Shown piece by piece: positions 42,901-52,072 of a stretch of 64,000 nucleotides of DNA. This DNA comes from Macrostomum lignano (lineage: Eukaryota), in contig NIVC01000114.1 in the NCBI GenBank assembly GCA_002269645.1, positions 620,001-684,000 of the forward strand, written 5' to 3'. Below the pieces are notes generated by a model. It was not told where the DNA came from. It worked only from the letters and a program-made list of their open reading frames with translations, and did not search any database. Positions within the stretch are counted from its first letter, which is position 1, and the number at the start of each line of letters is the position of its first letter. A program made the position numbers and the translations under genes.

Positions 42901-45900
42901 AAGTTGGATATCGGCGAATGGCGTATACTTTTCTGTTGAATCGGATTTTCAAATCCTCCATGTCGTAGTTTTCGTCGACGATTACTTCCGGTTCTGTGAT
43001 GTTTGCTGTCGTTCCAGTTGTTTTGATGACGTGTAGTGCATTGTCCAGTTGATAGTAGTTTGCTGCCGTGGTGCAGGGTCTCGGTATTGCGGTGCCAACT
43101 ATGATGTTGTGTACCGTGTCCAAGAATCCCTGAATTCGTTTTCCTTCGTAGAACGCTTCAATCCTTGGCTTGTCGTAGCAGGTTGTTGACGTGTTCGACG
43201 GCAAGATGTTAAAGTGCTGTATCGGCGTGCACTTGTATATCAACAGATGCTCGTATATTGGAACTGCCAAAACGTTCGTCATTCCGGTGATTTTACGAAA
43301 AGTCATCGTAGGGTTGACATAGTAGTTTTGTCTGGCATAATTTAAGTTGATTGCGTGCATTTTGCAAGTTAGCTGGACCAGTGTTCGATGCAAGTGGTTT
43401 AACTGGTTGTGTAGATTGTGATCCAAAGCCGTTATCTTTGCTGACAGTAGTCGGTTTGACACCAGTTTGGGACGTTCGATGTCTCGTCGTCGTCTGTTCT
43501 GTTGTTCCTGCTGTTGATAAGTTCCGTTGATGATCGCCAGAAAGGTTTGTTTGTCGTCATCTTTTACGTAGACTGGTATCTCTTGTTCCGAGATGAATAG
43601 TGTCTTGTCTGTATCCTTGCATTTCAGTTTTTGCTCGACTGGTTTCTTTTGAAACGTCAGTGCCAAGTCTCCTGACTTTGCCAAAAACGTGTTTGACAGT
43701 AGTCCTCCTTCAACTGTGTGATACTTTTGAAGCTTGCAGTCAATTTCCGGCTCAACTTCCCACGCGAAGAAGTATTGTCGTGACTTAGATGGTTCTTCAT
43801 ATCGTGAGTCGCCTCTGCGTATAATTTGCCATCGATAGTCTTGATGATATGTTGGACTCAACGGTAAGCTGTATAGTTCCTCATTCCGCAGTATCGGCGT
43901 TGGACACCATCCTTTGCTGTATCGGCAGTCACTTAATTGCAGTTGTAGCGACTCCATTTTTCAAAAGGATTGTGGTAGAATGGAATATTCCTGATTAGGT
44001 AACTGTTTCGTGTCATGTAGTTAGTCCATGCTTCCGAAAAGTGTACATATCGTCCGTTTGCTGAGTTCTTCGTTCGGTAAAGTTGTGCCTCCCCCACTTT
44101 CTCATCCGGTTCTAGCTGACCATCCTTTGAGAACAGTGTTTGGTTCCATTGTAGACATTCAGCGTGCGACACATGTAGTTCGTGTTGCCAAAATCGAATT
44201 CTGTTCCATTGTCCTCGCCAAACTTTTTCCACTAGGTGCTTGTCTCTAAAGCACACTATTCCGAGTTGTCGATGCTTCTTGATGTTAGCTTTGTAGAGAT
44301 CAATTGTGATCTTCTTTGGCTTCGTCTGATTTGTCTTGAAGTAGCTGCATTTGATGTCGGTTGGTATCTTGTAGATCATCGGTTGGATATGCGCATCCGT
44401 TGGACATATCATTGGTTTCTCCATTGCTGTTGCTTTGGTGACTACTGCCGTCAGTAGTATTATGATGATCCAGAATATCCAGAATCGCCATTTTCTGAAC
44501 GTTGCCGTTGTCTTTGCTGGCATTGGCTGCGGCTGCCATTCGTTATCTTCTGCGTCCGCATCGTATTCTTCCTCTTGTTCCATTGGCGTTTCCGAGCGCA
44601 AGGCATCCGATTCGTTCCGCTGCTTGTCGTCTTCATCATTTTCTTCCTTGCTTTCTTCCGATGTTGTAGTTGTGTCACTCCATTGTCTGCGGTACCTCAC
44701 TTCGGCCTTGTAGTCGACCGTTTGAATGTAGGCTTCACCATTTCGTTTATATCGGATCTCGTAGCATTGATCGCTGTCGGAGCTTAGATTTCTTTCTTCC
44801 ATTCCTTTGTGCCTTCCGTCTTCATGTTCTTTGTCGGCGGCTTGGTTGTCATCAGCGTCATTCTGCATCTCATAATCGTGATCGCTGCTTTCTTCTTGCT
44901 GTTCTTCTTCCATTTCTGCATTTCCGTCGTTGCTTCTTTCGTTGTCATCCTTCGTTGCCAGTTCTTTGTCGTTGCCTTTGTTTGTTTCTTCTTTTCTTTC
45001 ATTGATGTCGCTTGGCAATGTTTTTTCTGTGCTCACTTCTGCCTTTTCTTCTTCGCTGTCAATGTTAGTTTCTTTCATTTCGACCATGCTGATGTTTTTT
45101 GTCTTTTCGCTGCTCTCCGCATCGAGCCAGTCGATTTCATTGATAGTGAAGTCCATTTCCAAGTCGTCTATCGTGAAGACTTGCTGCTCTTGCTGTTCGC
45201 TTTCCGGTGTGTACGTGATGGCGTTTGCATATCGTTGCATCGCTTGCGTTGGTTGCTTGGGCATGTATCTGGTGTTTCGCGGTCTGTAGCCATTGTTTCC
45301 GAAGCGTTTCGTGTTTTGCTGCTGCCAATTTTGATGTTGTTGCCATGGTTTTTGCGGCTTCCGTCTGTTGAATGGCTGTCGCGGCATATCATTTCTTGTT
45401 GACCGATGAGGACAATGTATTTGGTAGTGTCCTTCTCGTCCACAGTAATAGCATCTGGCTTGGGCTCGTTCATTTCGTCTTTTTTGTTCGGCGATAACGG
45501 CTGTTTGATGTTGCATCAGCTTGTTTAGTTGCTGTGTCAGTTTCTGCACTTCTGTGTTGCCGGTTGTCATTAGTGGAGCGCTTGCTTCCCACTGCATTCC
45601 GCACCGTAAAAGGTCTTCCTCGGTTTCAATGTTTTCGCGTAGAAGTCTATCTCGGAGTGACGGCTGTGCATTGTTTATTACGTGCAGAATCAGATTTTGT
45701 TCGCGATCCATCAATCGCTGTCGCTCTCTAGCGGCTAATTCTGCCGCACCCAGAGGTGGTTGGTCTGCAGCTGGCAGTGTTGGCTGATGCAGTGCCTTAA
45801 TTATCTGACGGATGTCGTCCACAAAGGTCAGGAAGGATTCGGTTGGCTGCATCCTTCTGTTATGCAACTTGTGCAGTAGCACTGATCTGTTTGTGCCACA

Positions 45901-48900
45901 GCGGTTGAAATGCGCGCGCAGTTGAATGATTAATGCTGGGTAGTTTTGCTGTGTTGCCGCATCTAGTTTACCATAAATCTCTCGTGCAGTGCCTTGGAGG
46001 AGTGGTGGCAACAGTTGCGCTTTTTCTGGATTTTGTAGGTTGTATTCCCTACATACCAGGTCAAAATGATCAACAAAGGTGTTAAAGTCTTTTTCCATAG
46101 AAAAGGTGCCAACTGTCTCTTTGATATCTCTGTGCACCGTTGGATTGCGCCGCGCCATGTTGTTGATGGGATAGAACGGTAGCTCTAGGTCTGGGTCGAT
46201 TTGTAATGGATCTTCCAGTGTGGTGTTTCTTTCGAAATAAACTTCGGTTGTAACTGATTGTCTCGCGGCGCTTTTGACACCTCAATTTGTTATGTCTGAC
46301 CTTGAGCGGAATTCGGCTTTTGGCTGCTTTTTCTGACCTCTTATTCGCTGGCTGATTTTCGCACTTATGCGGCGTCCCGCAAAGTGTATCTTTAAAGTGC
46401 TTGAAGTGCAGCTGCTTCTTGCTTTTTTCAAAGGCCTTTCTTGTCTTCGTGACGTGCCTTGTCACGTTTTATCAAATTTCGGTTTGTTTTAGCTTTCGTC
46501 AAGTGTTTTTAATTTCGGTTTTGTTTTAGTGTGTATTGATTATTTTTCGGTTTGTTTTCAGTGTACCGGACGTTGTTTTCGGTTTTGTTTAAGGTTTACT
46601 CTTGCTCGAGCTCGTTAAAACAAAATTTTAACACGCGTGCTCAAACTGTACTCAAATTGGACAGGTGCTCAAACCTGTACACAAAAATTTTTAACTCGAG
46701 TTTCATAACGTACGGACTTCAAAAGTGTTAACTCTAACACGTGCGCGCAAAATAAATGAAGTCGCTCTTTCGTCACGTTACAATAGCTTGATCAGGGCTA
46801 TTGCTCAAAGTTTGAGTAGTGCCGAGAGGGCGAGATCACCAATTGATGTGTTCCTTATTACCAGTCCTCCACTGTAATCAAGGAACAATCACTTCTAGCT
46901 CTGTAGCTAGGCAACCCAGTAATCAAATGAAGGTATGTATTACCTTGAGTCCTGTCTCGGAGAGCTCTTCCGTGTTCTGTAGTTCTCTGACTTCCTTTGT
47001 CCCTCGAACTTCTTTAGACGTCTATGTTCGTAACCAGGTCCGCGTTCCTTTTGTCCACTGAAGTCGTTTCCGGCCGGTATCTGTAGTGCGGACCAATGGG
47101 AAGCTTCCAAATCAACAATGGGTACCCTGCGCCGAACTGCGGTTTAATATAAGCCTACTCCTTCTGGCAGTGCCTCTCTGCACTCTAGGTATAGCTCCGG
47201 AAACCACTGATAGTCTTCTAAGATCTATCAGGGGCAGTCCTTCTGGAGACTGCAACCAGTGGAGTCTAAACAGACTCAAGAGTCTCAGCAGACTCAAATA
47301 AACTCAAGTCTCAATAGACTTGAGCGAGACGTCTCAACCAACGGGCGCAAATGAGTAAGGCTTACCGCAAGAACTCGTCCACGACGCGAGTTTCTTCAGG
47401 AAGGCTTCACTAGAGCTTCCTCCTCGGAGCTTCTCTCTCTTGGAGATTCTTGGCTCCGGGTCCGTTCCGGACCACTTGTATTTATAGGCAAATGGACCCC
47501 CATGAGGTCACGTGGGTCCAACTCTTCAGCTGTCAAAAAGGTCACGGTTTGGTTGCTGTCAAACTTGGCAGGGTAGAAAGTTACTCCATTGGTTCAGTGT
47601 AAAAGCGCGTGATTGGTCATCGCATTCGAGTTATTTTTAGTTACATTTGATTGGGTCACGTGCGTACGGTTGAATGATGCATCTTTTCTGGGGTTTGCGT
47701 TTGACACGTACAGGTTACACGTGATTGGGTGATTTCTAAATTTAGCATGCTCAAGGTCTCTCTCTTTCTATTGGTTAGTCAGAATATACTTATAATTCAA
47801 AGCATACCTTTATTCATGCTCTTCAACTTACTACTGAATAAAATGTGTGAGTAGTACGTTAACACTTTTATGTCTTTTTTACAAAAGGTAGAACACTCTA
47901 CAATGTACGGAATCTGCGGTAGGTTGTAGGAAATGGTTGGAGACCAATGAAAGGATAGTAGTCAGTCCAAACTTCTCTCTAGCGATTGAATTTCTAGTCA
48001 TCTACTGACTTTGCGCGGCATAGATACAACAACTAGACAGAATCCCCAGCTTACTCCATAAGTCCGGCCGAACAGCCCCAGCACAATGCCAGCCAGCACA
48101 ATTAGACAGCCGTTAGCCAGCAGAATGTGCAGCGGCCTGACAAACGCGGACACAATAACGCTGAGCAGACGGCCAATAAACTGGCCAGCGAAGAAGACAG
48201 AAAATGCTGCAGAAGCATCCGGCGTGGACCAGTCCAGGCCATAGAACAGGTATGAGGACAGGAACGAGCAGACAAAGGCGGACGCGTCAAAGATTCGCAT
48301 CAACACAGCGAACGCAACCATGATTAACGCTGGCCTACCGGCAAGCAGCCGTTTGGGGCGGCCGCCACTCATGCCATCCTTTGAAGTTGCAACGCCTGCG
48401 GACCGCTGCATGGGCCCGGCTGTGGGGCCGTATCGATCCCAGACTAGGAGGCCAATATGAGAGCACAGCGGGATCACACCCAGGCTAGCGAACAGGATGT
48501 AGGCAAACTGAACGCGCCCAGAATAAGGCGGCAGCTGGGCGTCATCTGATGCCAGCTGTGACGCGTTGGCTTTTATTGATGTGAGGTTCGGATCCAGGAA
48601 AGACTTGAGCGCAGCGCCAAGTCCCATGACACCAGCGGACCAGGCGGCGTGCAGGCCCTGCAGCATCGAGTCGCGAATTCGGTGACCCTCCCACATAGCC
48701 AAGAAGTGCGAATTGGCAACTAAAAAGGTGGAGAACAGAATAGTGACACTGACTCTTGATTTACGAACATCCTTGTTAAAAAAGAACTTCGAATGTGCGT
48801 GTCGACATATGAGGTTTTGGCTCGGCGGTTAAGACTAGTGAACAAAAAGTACTAAGAACTCAGAAATCGATCCTGAAGTTGTCAGAAGTTGGAATTTGTC

Positions 48901-49805
48901 AGAAGTCCGAAGTTGGAACTTCAGTTTTGCACAGACATAAAAGTACAGTTTACATATCTGTTAGTGACGTCGATAGACGCCGAAAACATCGGCCGACCTC
49001 GCCCACATGGGAATGCTGTACCAGAAATTCACTTAGACTGCCAATTTGACGGGCTAATAAAATCTCTGAGATTATAATTTTTGTAATTAGGAGACCCCCA
49101 TGCTAAATAAAAAGTCTCCAAATAATAAGAACTTCTTGGCTACACAGTTTCCAACAAAGTAATCCAGCACTAACTCGTGTCGATTGCGCCTTCAGCGACA
49201 GCCCCGAGACCGGACGCACCAAAGAAGAGCAGCACGTTCGGCATGAAGCTGCACATGGCGAGGCCAGCCATTAATAGGGCAGAAAATGCAGTCAGCAAGC
49301 CGAAAGAATTCACTCGAGAGTAGACGAGACTGCCAATCCATGTGCCAGAAATGTAGGAGATGCAGTTGACAGGCTGGTAGACGCTGATAGCGGCCAAGGA
49401 TACGGAGTACAAGCTGGCCAAATCGACCAGGGCGGCGTTGGTTTGCTTGCAGGCAGGCTGAGAATTTGGTTAAAACGTTTTAGTTTTGAATATAGCGACT
49501 CGAGAACAATGCAGTGATTGCTTTGTTATTTCTGCTTCGCTGTTTCTGGGCTATATTTAGATGACGGTAGCCTCGTGAAAGAAGCTTTAATTTCTTTCAA
49601 GCATGGAACTTACCAAAAGAAAAAATAAGTTGGCAAACAGGCTGACAGTTTTGAAGACTCTCAAAAGTCCTCCAGTGGGTGGATTGATAGATACAGAGTA
49701 TGAGCACTCTACTTTGGGCTCAACATTGGCCAATGCATCTTTTGACTCATTAAAAGCTTCAGGTGGATTGGCACAGTCTGCAGGTTCATTTACTGGTTCA
49801 GACAT
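36913..49805 (-). CDS. MFSD4/NaGLT1-like MFS transporter, last exon split by the LTR insertion
   Basis: Exons 49805-49614, 49457-49175, 48719-48055, then 47913-47903 plus 37240-36913 once the element and one TSD are removed, giving 492 aa. GAIDTIANSHFLAMW..MLQGLHAAWSAG resembles the MFSD4 family motif; multiple TM helices. Confidence 0.75.
37245..38303 (-). repeat. 3' LTR
   Basis: Direct repeat of 46844-47902 with about four substitutions seen by eye. Confidence 0.95.
38521..38733 (-). CDS. Accessory ORF: degenerate RING finger with N-myristoylation-like start
   Basis: MGNALS; CPIC-x12-C-x3-H-x2-C-x2-Y-x12-CPIG, where ligands 6 and 8 are each one base from a Cys codon. Lies between the integrase stop and the 3' LTR. 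Confidence 0.55.
   Translation of the reverse strand: MGNALSKQAPQLQQLYECPICLTDDLAVKPPIICENRHRICGQYLSDSHYIQLWQNCPIGRRSLRQCAYC
38845..40197 (-). CDS. Integrase (HHCC, DDE, GPY/F)
   Basis: HDNPLAGH..CNNCHSC, LSIDITG, SDNGSQF, ERFH, YKGPYRV. Confidence 0.92.
   Translation of the reverse strand: MKRERLLLQAIKNNDKDIKLSPVERKFLRKQRQHLTINKSRLYWMSDNKPKIYMPYSFRQAILNELHDNPLAGHLSAAKTIARVEQYYFWPSMYGDIKQYCNNCHSCAASKTGRRQKPQLQSIPKSTTMDCLSIDITGPLPPSCLQGIAYTYILTALDIFSKFAIAIPIPDITAQTVAMCFFNDIICKYGSPKNLTSDNGSQFVSQLFQQVVKILNITQIYTSTYNPKANMVERFHRNLHEMITHFAHQQPEDWIIYLQSVTMAYNSAIHRSMDNTPFFLMFGRDFQPPNLLAQQLLPSQYVEVPTSIQKFVTQLHLAWKVAKHNIDNQVALTTGTDTRSTTLTAGDIVYLHYPLQQTHKHAQKYKGPYRVVQLTSPTTARLANVQDPHQHQFYVHIHRLKKINTDTTTFLPSLDNADRTRSANRHIATKHEETQTSTEKQQHGYNLRPR
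40163..42864 (-). CDS. Env TM anchor followed in frame by protease, RT and RNase H (1-bp frameshift near 40450)
   Basis: TM FIFYGACIVWIVTAIFIISSIV, then LLDSGS, RLVCDFRLLN, YVDD, IETDAS, ERELLGV. Continues in the shifted frame as FHYYIYG..RTDHAPL..NKAADALSR. Confidence 0.9.
42899..43957 (-). CDS. Env-like glycoprotein ectodomain, central part
   Basis: Cys-rich (CRYSKGWC); furin-like RRRR; LTC..NP....I.G...V.A....LLIYKC segment resembling class III fusion proteins (herpes gB/chuvirus G type). The fold assignment is inference. Confidence 0.65.
   Translation of the reverse strand: MESLQLQLSDCRYSKGWCPTPILRNEELYSLPLSPTYHQDYRWQIIRRGDSRYEEPSKSRQYFFAWEVEPEIDCKLQKYHTVEGGLLSNTFLAKSGDLALTFQKKPVEQKLKCKDTDKTLFISEQEIPVYVKDDDKQTFLAIINGTYQQQEQQNRRRRDIERPKLVSNRLLSAKITALDHNLHNQLNHLHRTLVQLTCKMHAINLNYARQNYYVNPTMTFRKITGMTNVLAVPIYEHLLIYKCTPIQHFNILPSNTSTTCYDKPRIEAFYEGKRIQGFLDTVHNIIVGTAIPRPCTTAANYYQLDNALHVIKTTGTTANITEPEVIVDENYDMEDLKIRFNRKVYAIRRYPT
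43933..46158 (-). CDS. Gag with CCHC knuckle, acidic linker, internal signal peptide and Env N-terminus
   Basis: Gypsy gag-like N-terminus; CYYCGREGHYQIHC at ~45410-45453; D/E-rich linker; RKWRFWIFWIIIILLTAVVTKATA at ~44496-44425 followed by a Cys-containing region. Confidence 0.85.
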   Translation of the reverse strand: MARRNPTVHRDIKETVGTFSMEKDFNTFVDHFDLVCREYNLQNPEKAQLLPPLLQGTAREIYGKLDAATQQNYPALIIQLRAHFNRCGTNRSVLLHKLHNRRMQPTESFLTFVDDIRQIIKALHQPTLPAADQPPLGAAELAARERQRLMDREQNLILHVINNAQPSLRDRLLRENIETEEDLLRCGMQWEASAPLMTTGNTEVQKLTQQLNKLMQHQTAVIAEQKRRNERAQARCYYCGREGHYQIHCPHRSTRNDMPRQPFNRRKPQKPWQQHQNWQQQNTKRFGNNGYRPRNTRYMPKQPTQAMQRYANAITYTPESEQQEQQVFTIDDLEMDFTINEIDWLDAESSEKTKNISMVEMKETNIDSEEEKAEVSTEKTLPSDINERKEETNKGNDKELATKDDNERSNDGNAEMEEEQQEESSDHDYEMQNDADDNQAADKEHEDGRHKGMEERNLSSDSDQCYEIRYKRNGEAYIQTVDYKAEVRYRRQWSDTTTTSEESKEENDEDDKQRNESDALRSETPMEQEEEYDADAEDNEWQPQPMPAKTTATFRKWRFWIFWIIIILLTAVVTKATAMEKPMICPTDAHIQPMIYKIPTDIKCSYFKTNQTKPKKITIDLYKANIKKHRQLGIVCFRDKHLVEKVWRGQWNRIRFWQHELHVSHAECLQWNQTLFSKDGQLEPDEKVGEAQLYRTKNSANGRYVHFSEAWTNYMTRNSYLIRNIPFYHNPFEKWSRYNCN
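46844..47902 (-). repeat. 5' LTR
   Basis: Followed on the minus strand by AT and then TGGTGATCTCGCCCTCTCGG. Confidence 0.95.
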
Positions 49806-50129
49806 GATGCAACTTGATCAGCTAAAAATGTAATTTAAAATGATACTATGTACGTAGTTATGGTCCTACCTTTTTAATTGAAACTTGCTCTACTTAAAAT
49901 CTTACAATATAAAAAGGAATACCAAAACAACTATGCTTAAAGCGGGCCTGTTTCGACGTAAATCGTCATCTTCAGGGCATGTCACAAGCATCACAACAAA
50001 ACATGTATTTTTAAACGGAACCAGAACTAAGGGAATAGGCATAAAATGGTTTTTGATTAGGTCCGGTCGAGGGTCCTCTCCAACTAAATGCAATTTGACA
50101 TCCATTTAGGTCAATTATATTAAATCGTT

Positions 50130-50345
50130 AGACCAGGCTAAGAAGAGGCAGATCAGGCCGAAGAACATCCCCCCATGAGCAGGTAGTTGATCGTCAGAGT
50201 CCACAGTCATAGCTTTGTAATATTCTGCTCGCATCTCTAACCCTGGCAGCAATCCTGGATCTTGGTCGCAGTGCTGACGCAGTTGTGACATCTCCGAGCT
50301 GACAAGCACGATGTCGTAGTAGGCGAAGGCAATGCCGAACCTCAG
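50130..50345 (-). pseudogene. Possible SV2/SVOP-like MFS exon fragment
   Basis: LRFGIAFAYYDIVLVSSEMSQLRQHC resembles the SVOP-type AFSYYGxVL..C segment. No other exons were recognised. Confidence 0.3.
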
Positions 50346-50769
50346 GCAATGTTTTTACTCAAGGACTACTCAAGTAGAAGGACAGGAAACTATGTTTCTA
50401 GGAAAATTTTAGGAGGTTTTCATTTTTTCAGTACAAAACTTTTTCAGGTGGAGAATCCAGCAGAAGCTACTGCTATAGAGCTGCGATCGGCCCCAGGTCT
50501 ACTAAAGTAAGGTATAATCTTCTAGTGGTCCTTGACTGGGTGATAGACAATAAAAGTCAATAAATTGGATAAGTCTATTAAAATTCAGCACCGATTATCA
50601 GAAATTTCTGTGGCCAGGATGCTTGGTTAAAATAAAAGAGAGCCTTTAACAGCTTGCCTTGTAGCCTAAGAGAGAATAGCTAGTAATTACGAGCTATCTC
50701 ATCGATTGGACTTTTATCAACCTGGTTGTACTTTTACGTTACACCGTCGTTCCTCCGACGTATGTTAAA

Positions 50770-50990
50770 AGTACATACGAGCGTATCGATGTCATGTTAA
50801 AGTACATAAATGTTAGAGCGTATCGATGTCATGTTAAAGTACATACATGTTAGAGCGTATCGATGTCATGTTAAAGTACATACATGTTAGAGCGTATCGA
50901 TGTCATGTTAAAGTACATACGAGCGTATCGATGTCACGGACTACTATCTACTAGTGGTCCTTGATCGATGTCATGTAAAAGTACCCATAC
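50770..50990. repeat. ~37-bp tandem repeat (GAGCGTATCGATGTCATGTTAAAGTACATACATGTTA)
   Basis: Four to five units, interrupted by the 29-bp mini-element. Confidence 0.85.
50935..50963. mobile_element. 29-bp P-like mini-element
   Basis: CACGGACTACTATCTACTAGTGGTCCTTG flanked by ATCGATGT (50927-50934, 50964-50971). Confidence 0.65.
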
Positions 50991-51834
50991 GAGCATATTT
51001 GTCATCGACGTCGATAAACGTCTTCGGATTTTGTATGGGATGGCAAAGTGCTATTAAGTTAAATGCTTTGAAATCTTTCAAAATAATCAAATTTTTACTC
51101 ACAAGCAACATTTCGCAGTTTAGAATCGTCTCTGTAAATTTGATACACTGTTCCTAGGTCTTTTGATTGCATGCATTGAAAAGCAGAAATTTCAACTGAA
51201 TTATCGGAACAGACTTTGATTTTAAAGAACACGACTGACTCAGTTCAGAACGGTCTGCAGCAGATTGTTTAGTTGACAGTCAAGTTGAGACGAACTGTGC
51301 AGTTTATAACATTCTCTCTGCTCATGGGCAAATTAGAAAATAACATTTTGCCGTTTTTCCCATATGTTGTTCTCTTAGTGCTCAGTGGGGAAGAGAATTT
51401 TTTTGAGCACAGCAGTGCAAGCAAAGAGATCTCAATTGCTATGAATCACTATATTGGCTTCAATTTTTTACTTTATAGAATGGCTAGCTTTTTCGAAGCT
51501 AGTTGTTTCGTTTAGTGAGTACAGAGCATTCTGCTGACAAAAATGCTTAAACAGGTGCCGACAAAGAGATCGCCGCTATCAGGCCGCTTATCAGGCTGTC
51601 TCAATTCCAAAAGTGGCCCAAAAGCGGCTGGCCGCTGAATTGATTTCCATATTTTTCCGGCATTATTAACGTCTTATTAGCGACGTCGGAGTATCATCTC
51701 GAGTTTACTTGCATTTCACAAATTTCGTGTTTACATGATGCCTTTTGTATGTTTTTGTAAGAGACCGAATGGTTGCAAAATTAGTACAATTACTGTCGAC
51801 GTTCAATAATACTCGTAATTTATTACATGTACAC

Positions 51835-52072
51835 CTGCCTGAAATGAGCAGATGTAAAACCGACAGCTCAGCCACAGCTATTGCGCGGCGCATTTGAAGG
51901 CTGCGTACGGCTGTTCAGTCCAAGGACTGGGGATCGCCACACACAGCCTCAATTACCCCAGCTAATGCTGGCACCCATTTTACAGCTGGGTGAACTGAAG
52001 CAATGCAGAGTTAAGTGTCTTGCTCTGTTAAGGACGCTAATTGTTCCGAGTTAGGTCGAGAATCGAACCCCC
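51835..52072 (-). mobile_element. tRNA-derived SINE, family A, copy 3
   Basis: Same body as the copies at 10675 and 12745; GGTTCGATTC box. Confidence 0.75.

Larger units (their letters stand above)
37245..47902 (-). mobile_element. Full-length Ty3/Gypsy-type LTR retroelement with an env-like gene between gag and pol
   Basis: Two 1059-bp LTRs with TG..CA ends; 4-bp TSD ATGT (37241-37244, 47903-47906); PBS TGGTGATCTCG after the 5' LTR; PR-RT-RH-IN order. Confidence 0.95.

Noticed and set aside
50360-50534. CAAGGACTACT..TAGTGGTCCTTG as one 175-bp element
   Set aside because: Termini match the mini-element family, but no 8-bp TSD flanks this pair; boundaries unsupported.
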